A stretch of DNA of 64,000 nt from Octopus vulgaris (GCA_951406725.2 OX597826.1:54312001-54376000); one strand, 5' to 3'; numbered from the stretch's first letter, positions 25,942-40,174 are shown. The notes: a model not told the origin generated them from the sequence alone. Program-made: numbers and translations.

Positions 25942-26804
25942 TAATAACTGGGGCCGTTGACAGATACTAATACCTCAAGTTAGAGCGGACTTGGAACTAG
26001 TTATGAAAATGTAATTCAATACTTCCTAAAACTCCCATACTGGAGCTTCCGGATCATAACAAGGGGCAAAGTAGATGGCATTACCCCGACTTCAGTGACA
26101 TAGCTAGTACTTATGTATGTGTGCCACCCGGTGAAGTCTTTGAATTTGACAACTTCCGCACCTTTCTCCCTATACAGGCTTGTACACCTGAGCCGAAAGT
26201 GCCGCTTCTTTATAAGCGTCGTCCGTGGGACTGTAGAGAATAGCCCCATCGCATCTTCGTAGTTTGGTACTGTCTGATTGCCACCTTTGTGTTGTGGTAA
26301 TCCGGGTAATGTTAATTCAGAATTTAGAAACCACACAGAAGAAAATTAAATCATAGGAAAAAACCCCAAAAAGACAAACAAACCCAAAATACAATCAATA
26401 AATAAACAAAAAAAAAACAATCAAACAAAAAAACATATTTTCGGTGACAAAGTCCCTTAATTTCATATACTATTTTGTTATTTTTCGTATAAAATATGTT
26501 ATTTTTCTTATAAAATTCTTGCTTCTTGAAATAAGATATAGTAAAATTATTTTTAAGAAGAAAAAAGAAATACAGATTTATATCTAAGAAAAACCAAAAA
26601 CAAAAACAAAACAAAACAAAGTAGAACAAAAACCAAATGAAAGAAATGGAAAATTATGAGAAATGGACGCTATTTATGATTAATGGAATGTTGTCATTTT
26701 TACAGAAAATTGGTTTTCTGAGTTTTCATATATTTAAAAGTGTTTTAGTATATAACTCTATATAACGTTCGTTGGTTAATTTTGATCTGTCTTGTGTTGT
26801 TACG

Positions 26805-26874
<70 letters not shown>

Positions 26875-27554
26875 ACATATATATATAAAATGAATAAATA
26901 AATAAATAAATATATATATATATATATATACATATATTTATATATGTATACATATATATAAATAAATAAATAAATAAATACATATATATATATATATATA
27001 TATACAGTTATTACAATCACACTCACACATACATACATACATACATACATACCTATATACATACATACATACATATCTACATACATACATATATTTGTAT
27101 AAGTATATATACCTGTGCATGTATAGGTATGTGTGTTTGTATTTTTAATCCTCTTTGTGTCTGGCAGAATTTTAAAGTACGATGCTCAAAATAAAGACCA
27201 AAGAATGGAATTCCATTCTTGCTTTTAAAACGAAATTTTTATTAAAAAATATCAAAAATATAATATATATATAGAAAAAAGACAATAAATGAGAAGTAAA
27301 AAGAATGAAGACATACAAACAGAACGAATAGACATTTCTATAAAAAAAAACAATGGATACACGATCTTCAACTTACAATATGTATGTACGAATGTATGTG
27401 TGTGTGTAGGTGTGTGTGTGTGTGTATGTGTGGGTGTGTGTGAGTGTGTATAAGAGAGAGAGAGAAAGTGAGAGAGAAACAGATAGGCTTTGTGTCTCTT
27501 GGTATTAGTACATATGAATACATACACATATGTACGTGTATATATATATATATG

Positions 27555-27601
<47 letters not shown>

Positions 27602-27617
27602 GTATATATATATGTGT

Positions 27618-27710
<93 letters not shown>

Positions 27711-28081
27711 TATAAATTGTTTTACATTTTACTATTTTGGTAAGAAAAAAGCAAATGACAGAGAGGGAGAGAGAGAGAGAGAGAGAGAGAGGGAGAAGGA
27801 GCGAGAGAAAGAGAAAGACAGAGGGAGAGAGAGGTGGAGAGAGAGTTGTTTCTAAGTGAAAATTGAGTGCGTGATGTTTATAAAAATTTACACGCCTTCC
27901 AATGTAGAAATAAATATACAGAAGTGTAAGTATGTATGTATTTATATAATTAAATACAAAACTATGTATAAATGTCTTTATATACATATAACATATTTAT
28001 ATTTATTCATAAAATAATGTCATCGACAGTAACTGCGAACCTAAGCACGTGTTGCTTGTTCAAAGTGAGTTTTTATGTGTG

Positions 28082-28310
<229 letters not shown>

Positions 28311-28457
28311 ATAGATATACACAAAAGCTAAAATGAATATATAACTGTTACATAGTTACATAGTTATGTATGTGTATATATATGTGTGTACGTGTATATA
28401 TCTATCTATGTGTAAATATCTATCTATGTGTATATATATATATTTAAGTATATTTAC

Positions 28458-28507
<50 letters not shown>

Positions 28508-28651
28508 CCACGTATATACCCAAAATGTTACACACACACACACATCTATATATGCATATATACATGCACACATACATAACTATACATATATGTAATTATC
28601 TATGCATACAATTATATATATGTGTGGGTATATATATATATGTATATATGC

Positions 28652-28687
<36 letters not shown>

Positions 28688-28739
28688 ACATATACACACA
28701 TACATACGTATATATACACACATACATATATGTGTGTGC

Positions 28740-28773
<34 letters not shown>

Positions 28774-30004
28774 ACATATACACACATACATACGTATATA
28801 TACACACATACATATATGTGTGTGCGTATATATGAATATATACATGCATATATATATGTATATATATATATATGCATATATATATACACATACACGTATA
28901 TATATATATACACATACACATATATATGTGTGTGTGTGTGTGTGTGTGCGTATGTATACACGCACAGACACACGTATGGTTATAAAAAATATGCACCTGA
29001 AACTTTCCTTTGTGTACGGTGACATTGCTATTGACAAGAGAACTCCATGAAACATCCTTTTACTCTTTTAACTTGTTTGAAATGCGCAAACAAGTGCATT
29101 TAGTGCATCGTCGTAGTCTTCATCATCATCATCGCCATTGTCGTCGTCCTCGTCATCATCATCATCATCATCATCATTATCATCATCATCGTCATCGTCG
29201 TCGGCGTCTTCAAAATTATCATTGCCGTTCCATTGCTATCACCATCTTCATCCGCGTCGTCGGCATTCTTCTCCTCCTTCTCCTCGTTGTCATCGTCGTC
29301 GTCGTAGTCCATCTCCTCCACCTCCTCCTCCTCATCATCATCATGATCATCATCATCTCGTCATCGTCCTCACCTCTTTGGCTACGTCATCACTATCTTT
29401 TCAACCTTTTCATTTTTTTCCCCGCCTCTATTCTGTCTTCCTAAGACTCCGACTATATATATATATATATGTATGTATGTATGTATGTATATAGTTTTTT
29501 TTACCACATGGAAGCTAGTTTGCCCTTTCAAACCAATTTATCTATTATGTTTGAGAACAGCAAAACGTATAAGAAAACAATGGAAATCAAAAAAAATAAA
29601 AAATAAAAATAAATAGATAAAAGAACCCCCAAAAACAAAGCAAGAAAAAAAGCAAACCATAGTTATCCACGTGATCTTTGTCACCGAACGTATAACAACA
29701 TTTAGTGCAACTGAAAATTCTACAGAACAAAATTAAAAAAAACATGTAGGATTTCAGCAGAATAACTCTGGAATGTGCTGCATGTTAATACATGTTCTCA
29801 GGTTGTACCAAGAGAACATGACGTGTTGAGAAGTGGCGTACCGACAGTACGATGTTATCTTTTTCCGTTTATGGGTTTCTGTCATTGAACTACGGCCATA
29901 CTGGGGCATCACTTGAAGGCTTTAGTCGAACTTATTAGGACGTAAGCAAACCAACACCGTTTGCCAAAAGGTGGTGGTGGGGAAAACACAAAGGCGCACA
30001 CAGA

Positions 30005-30061
<57 letters not shown>

Positions 30062-30264
30062 CAGTGTACATTTAAACATATTAAGAAGTTTTCATCATAG
30101 GAATCCTTTACGCTAGAAAGAACAGCTAAAGTCCAAACCACTAATTTGGGATAAATTCTCAAAGGGAATGAAAAGTAAAAATAATTACCATCTATTTCCT
30201 GGACCATGGTTTCTGACTTATTTTAGCTGGTAGTAAAAATTTCTAAAATCTTTATTACCCTGAT

Positions 30265-30309
<45 letters not shown>

Positions 30310-30344
30310 AAAAGGTTTGAAAATGCAATTTAAACGATGTTTAT

Positions 30345-30389
30345 TTACTTAACCGGTTTCACTCTTTGGTAAAAGATTGTCAAAAGTAA
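30345..30389 (-). ncRNA. Minimal hammerhead-like motif, U3-A8 core variant
   Basis: Minus strand TTACTT-TTGACAA-TCTTTTACCAAAGAGT-GAAA-CCG-GTT-AAGTAA: 6-bp stem I; stem II TCTTT/AAAGA with a 2-nt 3' bulge. Confidence 0.55.
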
Positions 30390-30417
30390 CATTAAAAGTA
30401 TCATTGAATAATATGGG

Positions 30418-30548
30418 TTCAAAAAAGTTTTTTACATAATTGTCACATTGAATATTATGCATTCAAAAACGTTTTTTACATAATTGTCACATTGGATATT
30501 ATGAATTCAAAAATGTTTTTTTATACAAAATTGTCACATTACATGTAT
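30418..30548. repeat. Tandem repeat of ~44-bp unit x3
   Basis: TTCAAAAA.GTTTTTTACATAATTGTCACATTG.ATATTATG.A repeated; partial dispersed copy at ~30671. Confidence 0.85.
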
Positions 30549-30941
30549 AAATATAGTGTTTGGTAACAGAGAAGTTCAATAGTGTGATGAGAATATTTGG
30601 AAAAATTGGCAGAAAAGGATAAAACAAATATATTATTGGAAATTTGGTTGCGTTAATTATTGGTTGTCGCAAATTGTCACATTACATGTATATATATACA
30701 GTCTTTGGCATATATATACAATATTTTGACAGCAAAAATTAAAATGGATTTTTTATACATCTCAGAATATTTTAAGTTGAAGGCGAGAATGTGTTGTTAC
30801 TAACCTGTTTGTTTTAGCAGAAGGGTTGAATTGAGAGAAAAAAGGTTGTACCCAGTGTGGTGTATACTCCCCTTCAAGCATCAATGGTTTTGGGGTTATC
30901 AGGAGGTTAGTATGCCTGCTGGTCAAGAAGCGTCTGTTTGT

Positions 30942-31011
<70 letters not shown>

Positions 31012-31602
31012 AAGAGGACTTGAAAATGCAGAGATCTTTTTAAGATATTTATTGACGGTTTCACTTAAAAAAAAAAAAAGATTTCCAAAAGTAAAGAGCG
31101 AGACTTTGTGTAGCCTTTGTGGCGATAACAATTAGTTAACATAAATGTATTAAAATACAGTGACAGTCTTTGACATGGAGGAGAACATGTTAAGGAATAG
31201 AATCATTGACAATTGTAAAGAAATGGTAAGAGAGGCTTTGTGTCTAAACAGTTTGCATAAAAGTGTTCGAAATAAGCAGTAAAATAAGTTCATAATTGTT
31301 TATATAAGTTCATCAAAAATCATAATTGTTTATAAGTAAAGATGCAGAAAGAATTTTTAGACGGGATTTGATAGGAGAAAGCGTGTATTGCTTTGTCAGC
31401 AGAAATCATAATTGTTTTAAGAGGACATACATACACATATATGTCCCCGTAACTTAGGTTCGACAAAAAGAGACGAACAGAATAAGTAACATGCTTAAAA
31501 AGAAGGTAATGGGGTCGATTCATTCGACTAAAACTCTCGAAGGTAGTGCCCCAGCACGTCAATGTCTAATTAGTGAACCAAGTGAAAGAGAAATGTAAAA
31601 GA

Positions 31603-31693
<91 letters not shown>

Positions 31694-31970
31694 ATACATA
31701 CATACATGTGTGTGTGCGTGTGCATATATATATATATTTATGCACGCAGCAGCTTGTTGTTCAAACACCTGCCTACCCACACACGCACGCGCACATACAC
31801 ATACACACACACATAGAGTTTGAAATTTATAGAAAAACAAAAGAGGAGGATAGGTGTATGAACGACAAGCAAAAAGAAAACGAAAAAGTCTCTTCGACAG
31901 AAAGGAATAAGAGAAAATACACAAAGAGAAACAGAGAAAAAACTTGTAGATTTCAGTGGTCCAGCATGGC

Positions 31971-32005
<35 letters not shown>

Positions 32006-32433
32006 CAGTCACGGCGGGCATTTTGAAATGGTCATGATGCATACGAGCATATATATATATATGTATACGTTCGTATATGTAAGTATTCGTATGTTGTGTT
32101 TATATACATATATGTATTTATGTTTCTTTTCTGTGTGTATTCTACTGATGAGGCATAGCATTCCTAAATGCAAAATCAGAAATCCGGGATCTATAATTAT
32201 CCAGTCATTTTTTACTAGTTTCATCTTGTCTCTTCGTTTTCTCTCCGTGTTGATATATGGAAAATTAAGGTGGTTATAGAGTCAGATCATGGCTGCTATT
32301 TTCAGCATGGTGGTACCTCGTAGATACCCTAATATATAATTTTAATATATATATATATATATTTATTAAAATATATATATATATATTAAAACATATATAT
32401 ATATATGTGTATATATATATATATATATGTGTG

Positions 32434-32524
<91 letters not shown>

Positions 32525-32581
32525 GTATATGTATATATTGTCTGAATTTTATAGTGTTAATAATCCATCACGGCTGGTCTT

Positions 32582-32663
32582 ACCAATCGGTTTCGCGTAA
32601 AATTATATAAAGAAATGCTAGGCTGCAAACCAGTTATATAATATACGCTCATCAGATGTTGGT
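32582..32663 (-). ncRNA. Hammerhead-like motif with canonical core and long stem II; cleavage site degenerate
   Basis: Minus strand ACCAACAT-CTGATGA-GCGTATATTATATAA...TTATATAATTTTACGC-GAAA-CCG-ATTGGT. Confidence 0.5.
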
Positions 32664-32723
32664 TGACACGGAAGGGGAAATGGCAACCGCTCTCCACTGT
32701 TATATATATATATATATATGTGT

Positions 32724-32792
<69 letters not shown>

Positions 32793-34941
32793 AAGGATTT
32801 TTTCAGTTTCCGTCTACCATATCCACTCTCAAGGCTTTCGTCGGCCAGCAACTATGGTAGGAGACACCAGTCCACACGTTTGGGCAGGAAGCTTCTTAAC
32901 CACACTGCTACACTTGAGTCTATTAGTTAATAAATATATTATGCAGCATTTTTCTTGTAAGTAATGACAGTGAGGTCTCTATGGTGTACATATTACAACT
33001 AATATATGTGGCAGAATCAGCAGCACACGGGACTAAATGCTCAGCGGAATTTCATCCGTCTTTACGTTCTGAGGTCAATAAAATATGTACCAGTTGAGCA
33101 TTGAAGTATAACAACAACAACAATAACAACAATAACAACAACAACAACAACAATAATCACTCGTCGGACAAAATGCTTCGCAGCTTTTCTTTCGACCCAT
33201 TACGTTCCGGTTTCAAATCCCGGTATGGTCGACTTTTTACAATCATCCTTTCGGTGTCAATGAATTAGATATCAGTTGAGTACTGGGGATCGATTTAATC
33301 GATTAGCATACCACTCCTCCCAAATGCAATTATTCATGTTTCATAAGGCGGCTTTCGCGTTGGACAAATAAAAAAATCTTTAGCAAGCTTTTCTTTTGCC
33401 TCTTTACGTTTCGAGTTCGAATTCTGCTGATGTCGATGTTTTTTCTTTTCCATAGTTTTCGGGGTTCGATGAAATAAATAAGTACCAGTTATTCACTAAG
33501 GTCGATGTAAACGAGTAGACCTCTCCTTAAAAATTCCAGGCCTTGTGTCGATCGTAGAAATAATTATCGTTTATGTTTTTTTGTTGTTAGTGTAGAGGGT
33601 AGGGGTATGATAAGGGTGTAGGTAGGTGGTAGGGCAGGTGGCAGGGAGTAGGGGTAGGTTAAAGTAGAGTGGTAATTACTTCGGACGAGAGACATTCGTT
33701 GTTGATTTCGTGCTTAATTGCTGCATTCGTATATTTCTTGTCTTAATTATCAACAATTCTTCCTCCGTCTTGGTCCTCCTCCTCCTCCTCCTCCTTCTCC
33801 CCATCTCTTCCTGAGGATCACTGCCATCGCCACCACCAGCACCACCACCAGCACCACCATTCCCCCACATCCAGCACCACCACCAGCACCATAACCAGCA
33901 CCACCACCACCACCACCAGTACCACCACTATCACCACTACCATCATCATCATTATCGTCATTAACAACATCAGCAACCCCCCATTGTCACTGACATCATC
34001 ATCATCATCACCGCCGCAATCATTACCATCGCCCCTTCCATCTTCCTCATCACCATCATGATCATCATCATGATCATCAACAGTTGCAGTAGCTGCAGCA
34101 TCATTATCAATAGCACCATCAATACCGCCTCCACCTCCTCCTTCCACCTCCCCTTCCTCCTCCTCCTCCTCCTCCTCCTCTCCTTCTTCTTATTCTTCCT
34201 CAACTCTCCCTCCTCTTACTCTCCTCCCCTTCTTCTTCTTTTTCTTCTTCTTCGTCAACTTCCCCCTCCTCCCCTTCTTCTTCGTCAACTTTCCCCCTTT
34301 TACGCTCCTCCCCTTCTTTTTCTTCTTCTTCGTCTTCCACTTCCCCCTCCTCTTTCCCTCCTCCCATTCTTCTTCTCCCCTCCTCTTCTCCCCCTCCTCC
34401 TCTTCCTCCTCCTCATTTCTTTCTTTCTCTTCGCCTTTCTCATCTACGTTAATTACAGGAGTACGGAACCTAAATTGCTTTCCTCAAGCTTCAGGTGTTT
34501 GTTGAAGCGTTTGCTGATGTTGCAATCGTTGCTGTTGCTGCTGCTGCTGTAGTAGTAGTAGCAGTAGCAGCTGGAGTAGTCGTTGTTGTTGTTGTTATTG
34601 TTGCAGTTGATGCTATGTTGGCTTAGTTTTGTTGTTGTTGTTGTTGTTGTTGATGTAATATTTGCTTGGTTGCGGTCTTAGGGTTCGTTGTGTTATTCCT
34701 TTCAGTATTTACACTTTAGGAAATTGCTTTGTTGCTGTTGTTGTTGTTAGCGTTGATTAAGTGTTTTGTAATTGATTTGGTTGTTGTTGTTGTTGCTGTT
34801 ATTGCTGATGTAGTTGTTTCGCTGTTGTTGTTGTTGTTGCTGTTATTGTCTAAGTATCGAGAGAGTTTGCTGATGTTGCTGGTTTGCTCGGAAAAATCCT
34901 TTCGAACGGCCGTCACGTCTCAGTCAACAACTGAAATGCTT

Positions 34942-35462
34942 CTTATTTCTTTACTACCCACAAGGGGCTACACACAGAGGGGACAAACAAGGAGTAACAA
35001 ACGGATTAAGTCGATTATATCTACCCCAGTGCGTAACTGGTACTTATATAATCGACTTCCGAAAGGACGAAAAGCAAAGTCGACCTCGGAGGAATTTGAA
35101 CTCAGAACGTAACGGCAGACGAAATACCTATTTCTTTACTATCAACAAGGGGCTAAACACAGAGGGGACAAACAAGGACAAACAAATGGATTAAGTCGAT
35201 TTTGAACGCAAAACGTAGCGGCAGACGAAATACCTATTTCTTTATTACCCACAAGGGGCTAAACACAGAACGGACAGACAAGAACAGACATAGGTATTAA
35301 GTCGATTACATCGACCCCAGTGCGTAATTGGTACTTATCGACCCCGAAAAGATGAAAGGCAAAGTCGACCTCGGCGGAATTTGAACTCAGAACGTGGCGG
35401 CAGACGAAATACCGTTAGGCATTCCGCCCGGCGTGCTAACGATTCTGCCAGCTCGCCACCTT
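34942..35462 (-). mobile_element. SINE group A, three-unit nested array
   Basis: Three tails and one complete head; identical junctions GACGAAATACC|TATTTCTTT at ~35128 and ~35234. Confidence 0.9.
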
Positions 35463-35479
35463 TAAGAAAGCTTATAATG

Positions 35480-35875
35480 AGACGCGGCTGGTATTGTCTA
35501 CGTTCAGAGCCTAAGATCCATCCGTAAGAAATCTTGGACAACATCAAAACTTGTTCATGTAAACGCGTCTAACTGTAGAGCTTTGATCCAGATGTTTCAT
35601 AGCGAAACAAAGGAGCACGACGTAAAACTGACCAAGTGATACTAAATGTATGATGGCTTTTTTTCTCACAGATTCCAAATGTACTTCGACAAAGCAGTTG
35701 CGAATTTTCTTTCACGGTCAACAAAGGAATTTTTTCAGTGGTGATAACCCCGAATTTTAGAATTATGTTCAGTGAATCCAATCTAAATTTACGGTTTCAA
35801 GTCGTAGTTTAAGAATAACTTGGTACAGTATATTGTTGACGGTGCTCGGCAATAGCCAAAAAGAACAATTTTATT
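35480..35875 (-). mobile_element. Penelope-like element GIY-YIG domain remnant
   Basis: Minus strand NNILYQV...IGFTEHNSKIR...H.NSF....FATALSKYIWNL...FSITWSVLRRAP...LHEQ, matching the PLE endonuclease pattern (YIG.T...K.R...H..SF...T.LSKYIW.LK...I.W.IL). Confidence 0.75.
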
Positions 35876-35887
35876 GTATTATTTTCT

Positions 35888-36095
35888 TGGAGGTGCGTGG
35901 CTTAGTGGTTAGGGTGCTGGACTCATGATTGTGGTTTCGATTCCTGGACCGGGTGATGCATTGTGTTCTTGAGCAAAAACACTTCACTTCACATTACCCC
36001 AGTCCGTTCAGCTGTAGAAACGAGTTTAGCGTGGAGAGGGCTTTCTCACACTAGATACGCGGCATGGCTGCAGAGCCCCAACGACGACCAAGGAG
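35888..36095 (+). mobile_element. SINE group B (copy B2)
   Basis: GGAGGTGCGTGGCTTAGTGGTTAGGG head; TGTGTTCTTGAGCAAAAACACTT core. Confidence 0.8.
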
Positions 36096-36269
36096 TTAAG
36101 GGACTTATCAAATGTCAATTATTTTTTTGATTACGTTTGGATTTCATCATAATTCACATTTTATTATTTATCTCATAATTCCTTCAGTGTTATTGTTGTA
36201 GTTGTCAGTGTTGTTCTAGTTGTCATTGTTCTTTTGCAGTACTTTTTTCTTGTTGATAATATTCTAGTT

Positions 36270-36925
36270 AAAGGCGATGAGCTGACAATCGTTAGCACAC
36301 CGAGCGAAAAGCTTATCAGTATTTCGACTGAAAGGCAGCGAGCTGGCAGAAACGTTAGCACGCCGGGCGAAATGCGTAGCCGTTTTCCGTCTGCCGTTAC
36401 GTTCTGAGTTCAAATTCCGCCGAGGTCGACTTTGCCTTTCATCCTTTCGTGGGTCGATAAATTAAGTACCACTTACGGACTGGGGCCGATGTAATCGACT
36501 TAATCCGTTTGTCTGTCCTTGTTTGTCCTCTCTATGTTTAGCCCCTTGTGGGTAGTAAAGAAACAGGTATTTCGACTGTCTCCATGCTCTGAGTTCAAAT
36601 TTTACCGAGGTCGACTTTGCCTTTCATCCTTTCGGGGTCGATAAATTAAGTGCCAGTTGTGAACTGGGGTCGATGTAATCGACTGGCCGCCTCCCACAAA
36701 ATTTCTAGCGTTGTACCTAGAAAAGAAAAGAATCGTTAGCACGCCAAGCGAAATGCTTAGCGGCATTTCGTCTGTCTTTACGTTCAGAGGTCAAATTTCG
36801 CCGAGATCGACTTTGCCTTTCATCCTTTCAGGATCGATGAATTAAGTACCAGTCATGTACTGAGGTCGATGTAATCGACGTGCTCCCTCCCACAAACTTG
36901 CTGGCATTGTGCCTAAATTGGAAAC
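36270..36925 (+). mobile_element. SINE group A cluster: young long-tail copy (36331-36566) inserted into an older copy's head, plus a further downstream copy
   Basis: 12-bp TSD GTATTTCGACTG at 36319-36330 and 36567-36578. Confidence 0.9.
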
Positions 36926-37745
36926 TGCTAATATTGTAGTTGTTTCAGTAGATTTACAGTTGATTTACTTGTTTGCAATGTTGTTGATGATGATGATGAT
37001 GATGATGATCTAATTTTTGCAGTGTTGTTGTTGTTGTTATAGCTAATTTTGTATTATAGTTTCTTTAGTTGTTTCCATTGCTGTTGTTGTTGATGTTGAT
37101 GATAATGATGATAACGACGACGACGACGACGACAATAATGATGATGACGGTGATAATGATGAGGATGATGATAACGATGATGATGGCGATGATGATGGTG
37201 ACGATAATGATGATAGTGATGACGACGACGACGATGATGATGATTATAATGATGATCAGGATGATGATGCTGATGATGATGGCGATGACACCGACGACGG
37301 CAACGATGAAGATGATGAGAATAACGATGATGATGACGATGGTGATGATGATGATGATGTAACTACTTTGGTGTTGTTGTTGTTGCTGTTGTTGTTTTTG
37401 GCTTTTGTTTTAATCATCATTAAAGACTCTGATCATCATCAATTTCTTCGCATTTTATTATTTTATAATAAACTAATTGCATTACGTTTGCACGTGTGTG
37501 TGTGAGCTTGTGCGCATGCGTGTATGTGTCTGCATATATGTGTGAGTGTGTATGTATATATGTGTGTGTTTGTGTGTGAGAATGTATCTGTATGTGTGTT
37601 TTTTTATACGTGTGAATATAGTACAATTTGCTACTTTTGATAGCTGAACATCAAACACATTGATTTGACCAACACTGTAGGACCTACCTAGAGAGGCCAC
37701 AGGCGGTGTCTGCACCACCTCTCTTTGATACATATATATATATAT

Positions 37746-37780
<35 letters not shown>

Positions 37781-37894
37781 TCAAATATACAGATAAACGC
37801 ACACGCACATATAGATAATTATATATATATTTATACAAACACAGGCACAGATATATATATATAATTACTTATAAAATGCATACAATATATATGC

Positions 37895-37950
<56 letters not shown>

Positions 37951-37963
37951 ATAGGCGTATATG

Positions 37964-38004
<41 letters not shown>

Positions 38005-38139
38005 GTGTATATTTATGGATTTATATATGTATATATATATATGTATTTATACATATATATGTACGTATCTCTCTCTCTATATATATATATACACACACAC
38101 ATACATATGTACATATACATACATACATACATACATATA

Positions 38140-38185
<46 letters not shown>

Positions 38186-38741
38186 TGTATGTATAAGTAT
38201 GTATATATGAATGTAAGCATAACTTTATTTAAGCCAAATGCTTTCCATCATAAATAATTTTATTTTGTAATAAAATATATTTTTGTCACTACAGTAATAG
38301 AAATGTTCTAAAAATGTCTTTTTTTTCATATGCAGAGAATATTTGAACTCTAATTTTATCTATTTTATATATATATATAAAAAAATGAAATTTAAAAACT
38401 TCATTTTTGTCATTATATTAGGATTTTTCAGAGATATCAATTTACTTTAGTTTGCTAAATTTTGACAGATGAGGCTATTTTTTTCAATATTACATATATG
38501 ATTTTTTAAAAAAAAGTCTTTTTTTTCTGCATATGTCGGCTTATTGGAATGTATTTAACTTAGATGTCTCAGATTTTAGTTAATATAATCTTTCGTTTAT
38601 TACATGTGTGTCTATGTTCGTGTGTCTACATACATTTATAAATATATAAATATAAAAATGTAACTATGTATATACATACATATATACATACATATATACA
38701 TACATATACACACACACACATATATAAATATATATATGTCT

Positions 38742-38990
38742 GACATGGCTGTGTGGTAAGAAGCTTTCTCCGCAGCCACATGGTTTTGTGTCCGTGTTTG
38801 TCCCCACTACCCCTTGACAACTGGTTTTGGTGCGTTTATATCCCGGTAACTTAGTGGTTCGGCAAAAGGGTTTGATAGAATAAGTTCTACGCTTTAAAAA
38901 ATAAGTCCTGGGCTTATTTGTGCGACTAAAGCCCATAGGGCGGCGCCCCAGCTTGGCCGCAGTCAAATGACCTAAACAAGTAAAAGATAG
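38742..38990 (+). mobile_element. SINE group D, internally deleted
   Basis: ACATGGCTGTGTGGTAAGAAGCTT head joined to a tail ending GGCGGCGCCCCAGCTTGGCCGCAGTCAAATGAC. Confidence 0.8.
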
Positions 38991-39009
38991 CACACACACG
39001 CATACACAA

Positions 39010-39093
<84 letters not shown>

Positions 39094-39509
39094 TCTGGCT
39101 CATGTGTAGGTGTATGGTAAGCAGTTTGCTTCCCAACCATATGTTTCCGGGTTCACCCCCGCTGCACGGCATCTTTGGCAAGTGTCTTCTACTATAGTCT
39201 CGGGTCGACCATAGCTTTGTGAGTGGATTTCGTAGATGGAAACTGAAAAAAGCCTGTGGCATATATATATATATATATATTATATATACCATTTTCCTTC
39301 GGAAGGCACCATTAAGTTGTAATCTAATTAAGCCGTATTCAAGAAACTTCAAGGAAATATTCTTCAAAACTTACGTTATTTTGTAAACATCTAACTTCTG
39401 TGTAATAATTAACTTTAAAAAATAAATAAAGATAATTTAATTCCAAAATAAACTGCCCCAGCATGGCCACAGCTCGTGAGCTGAAACTAGAATCAATCAA
39501 TCAATCAAA

Positions 39510-40165
39510 AACCGTTTAGTGACTTCTTTTCATCAATAACTTTTATTAAATGGGGAAAATGTTCCTCCGAAATTTCCTTTTGAATAAGTATTTTGGAAAA
39601 GGATGTTTTTTTTCTTTCTAAATGCTTCCATTTTTTGCCACATATCATATATAGACTTAGTTTTACCTTGCAAAAAAGTATTCAAGTCCTTTTACTTTGA
39701 CAGGGTATCACACAGAATTATAACATTTCTACAGAAGTCTTTTTTCAATAATTCCCATTGCTGATTCTGTTGATCGTAAAATTTAATTATCTGTTCTCGC
39801 ATAGATGAAAAAAAATTCCTGACACCTTCCCCTGCGATAGCCAATGCATTTACAATGGATACGGCAAATCCACACTGAACACCTCATCATTCAAATTTAG
39901 CATCTTTCAACTGACGATGCCCTGTTGCATTTGCGTGAATATAGCTAACTTTTTGCAAAGTGTCACTTAAAATAGTAGATTTAGCACAGAAATCTTGCTG
40001 ATATAAAATACAATGAAAAGAAATGAAAACATCTGGATCTGATAATACTTTTTTATCCGTGCAATAAGCCCTTCATATTTTCCTCTTATGGAAGGTGCAC
40101 CGTATGTAGATTCAATGAACTAACCAAATTCAGTCCGTTTTCACGATATTTATCTCGAAAGTTTG
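39510..40165 (-). mobile_element. hAT (Charlie/SPIN-like) transposase fragment, pseudogenised
   Basis: Minus strand T.GAPSIRGKYEGLIARIK...FHCILYQQDFCAK...HWLSQGKV...DLNTFLQGKTKSIYDMWQKMEAFRKK. Confidence 0.8.
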
Positions 40166-40174
40166 TATACTCAC

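Noticed and set aside
26168-26197. Minus-strand FGSGVQACIG resembling the P450 heme motif FxxGxxxCxG
   Set aside because: There is an in-frame stop five codons upstream and no P450-like context on either side; probably chance.
34942-36925. CRISPR-like repeated blocks
   Set aside because: They are nested SINE units of 100-240 nt with no repeat/unique-spacer periodicity, in eukaryotic DNA with no cas genes.
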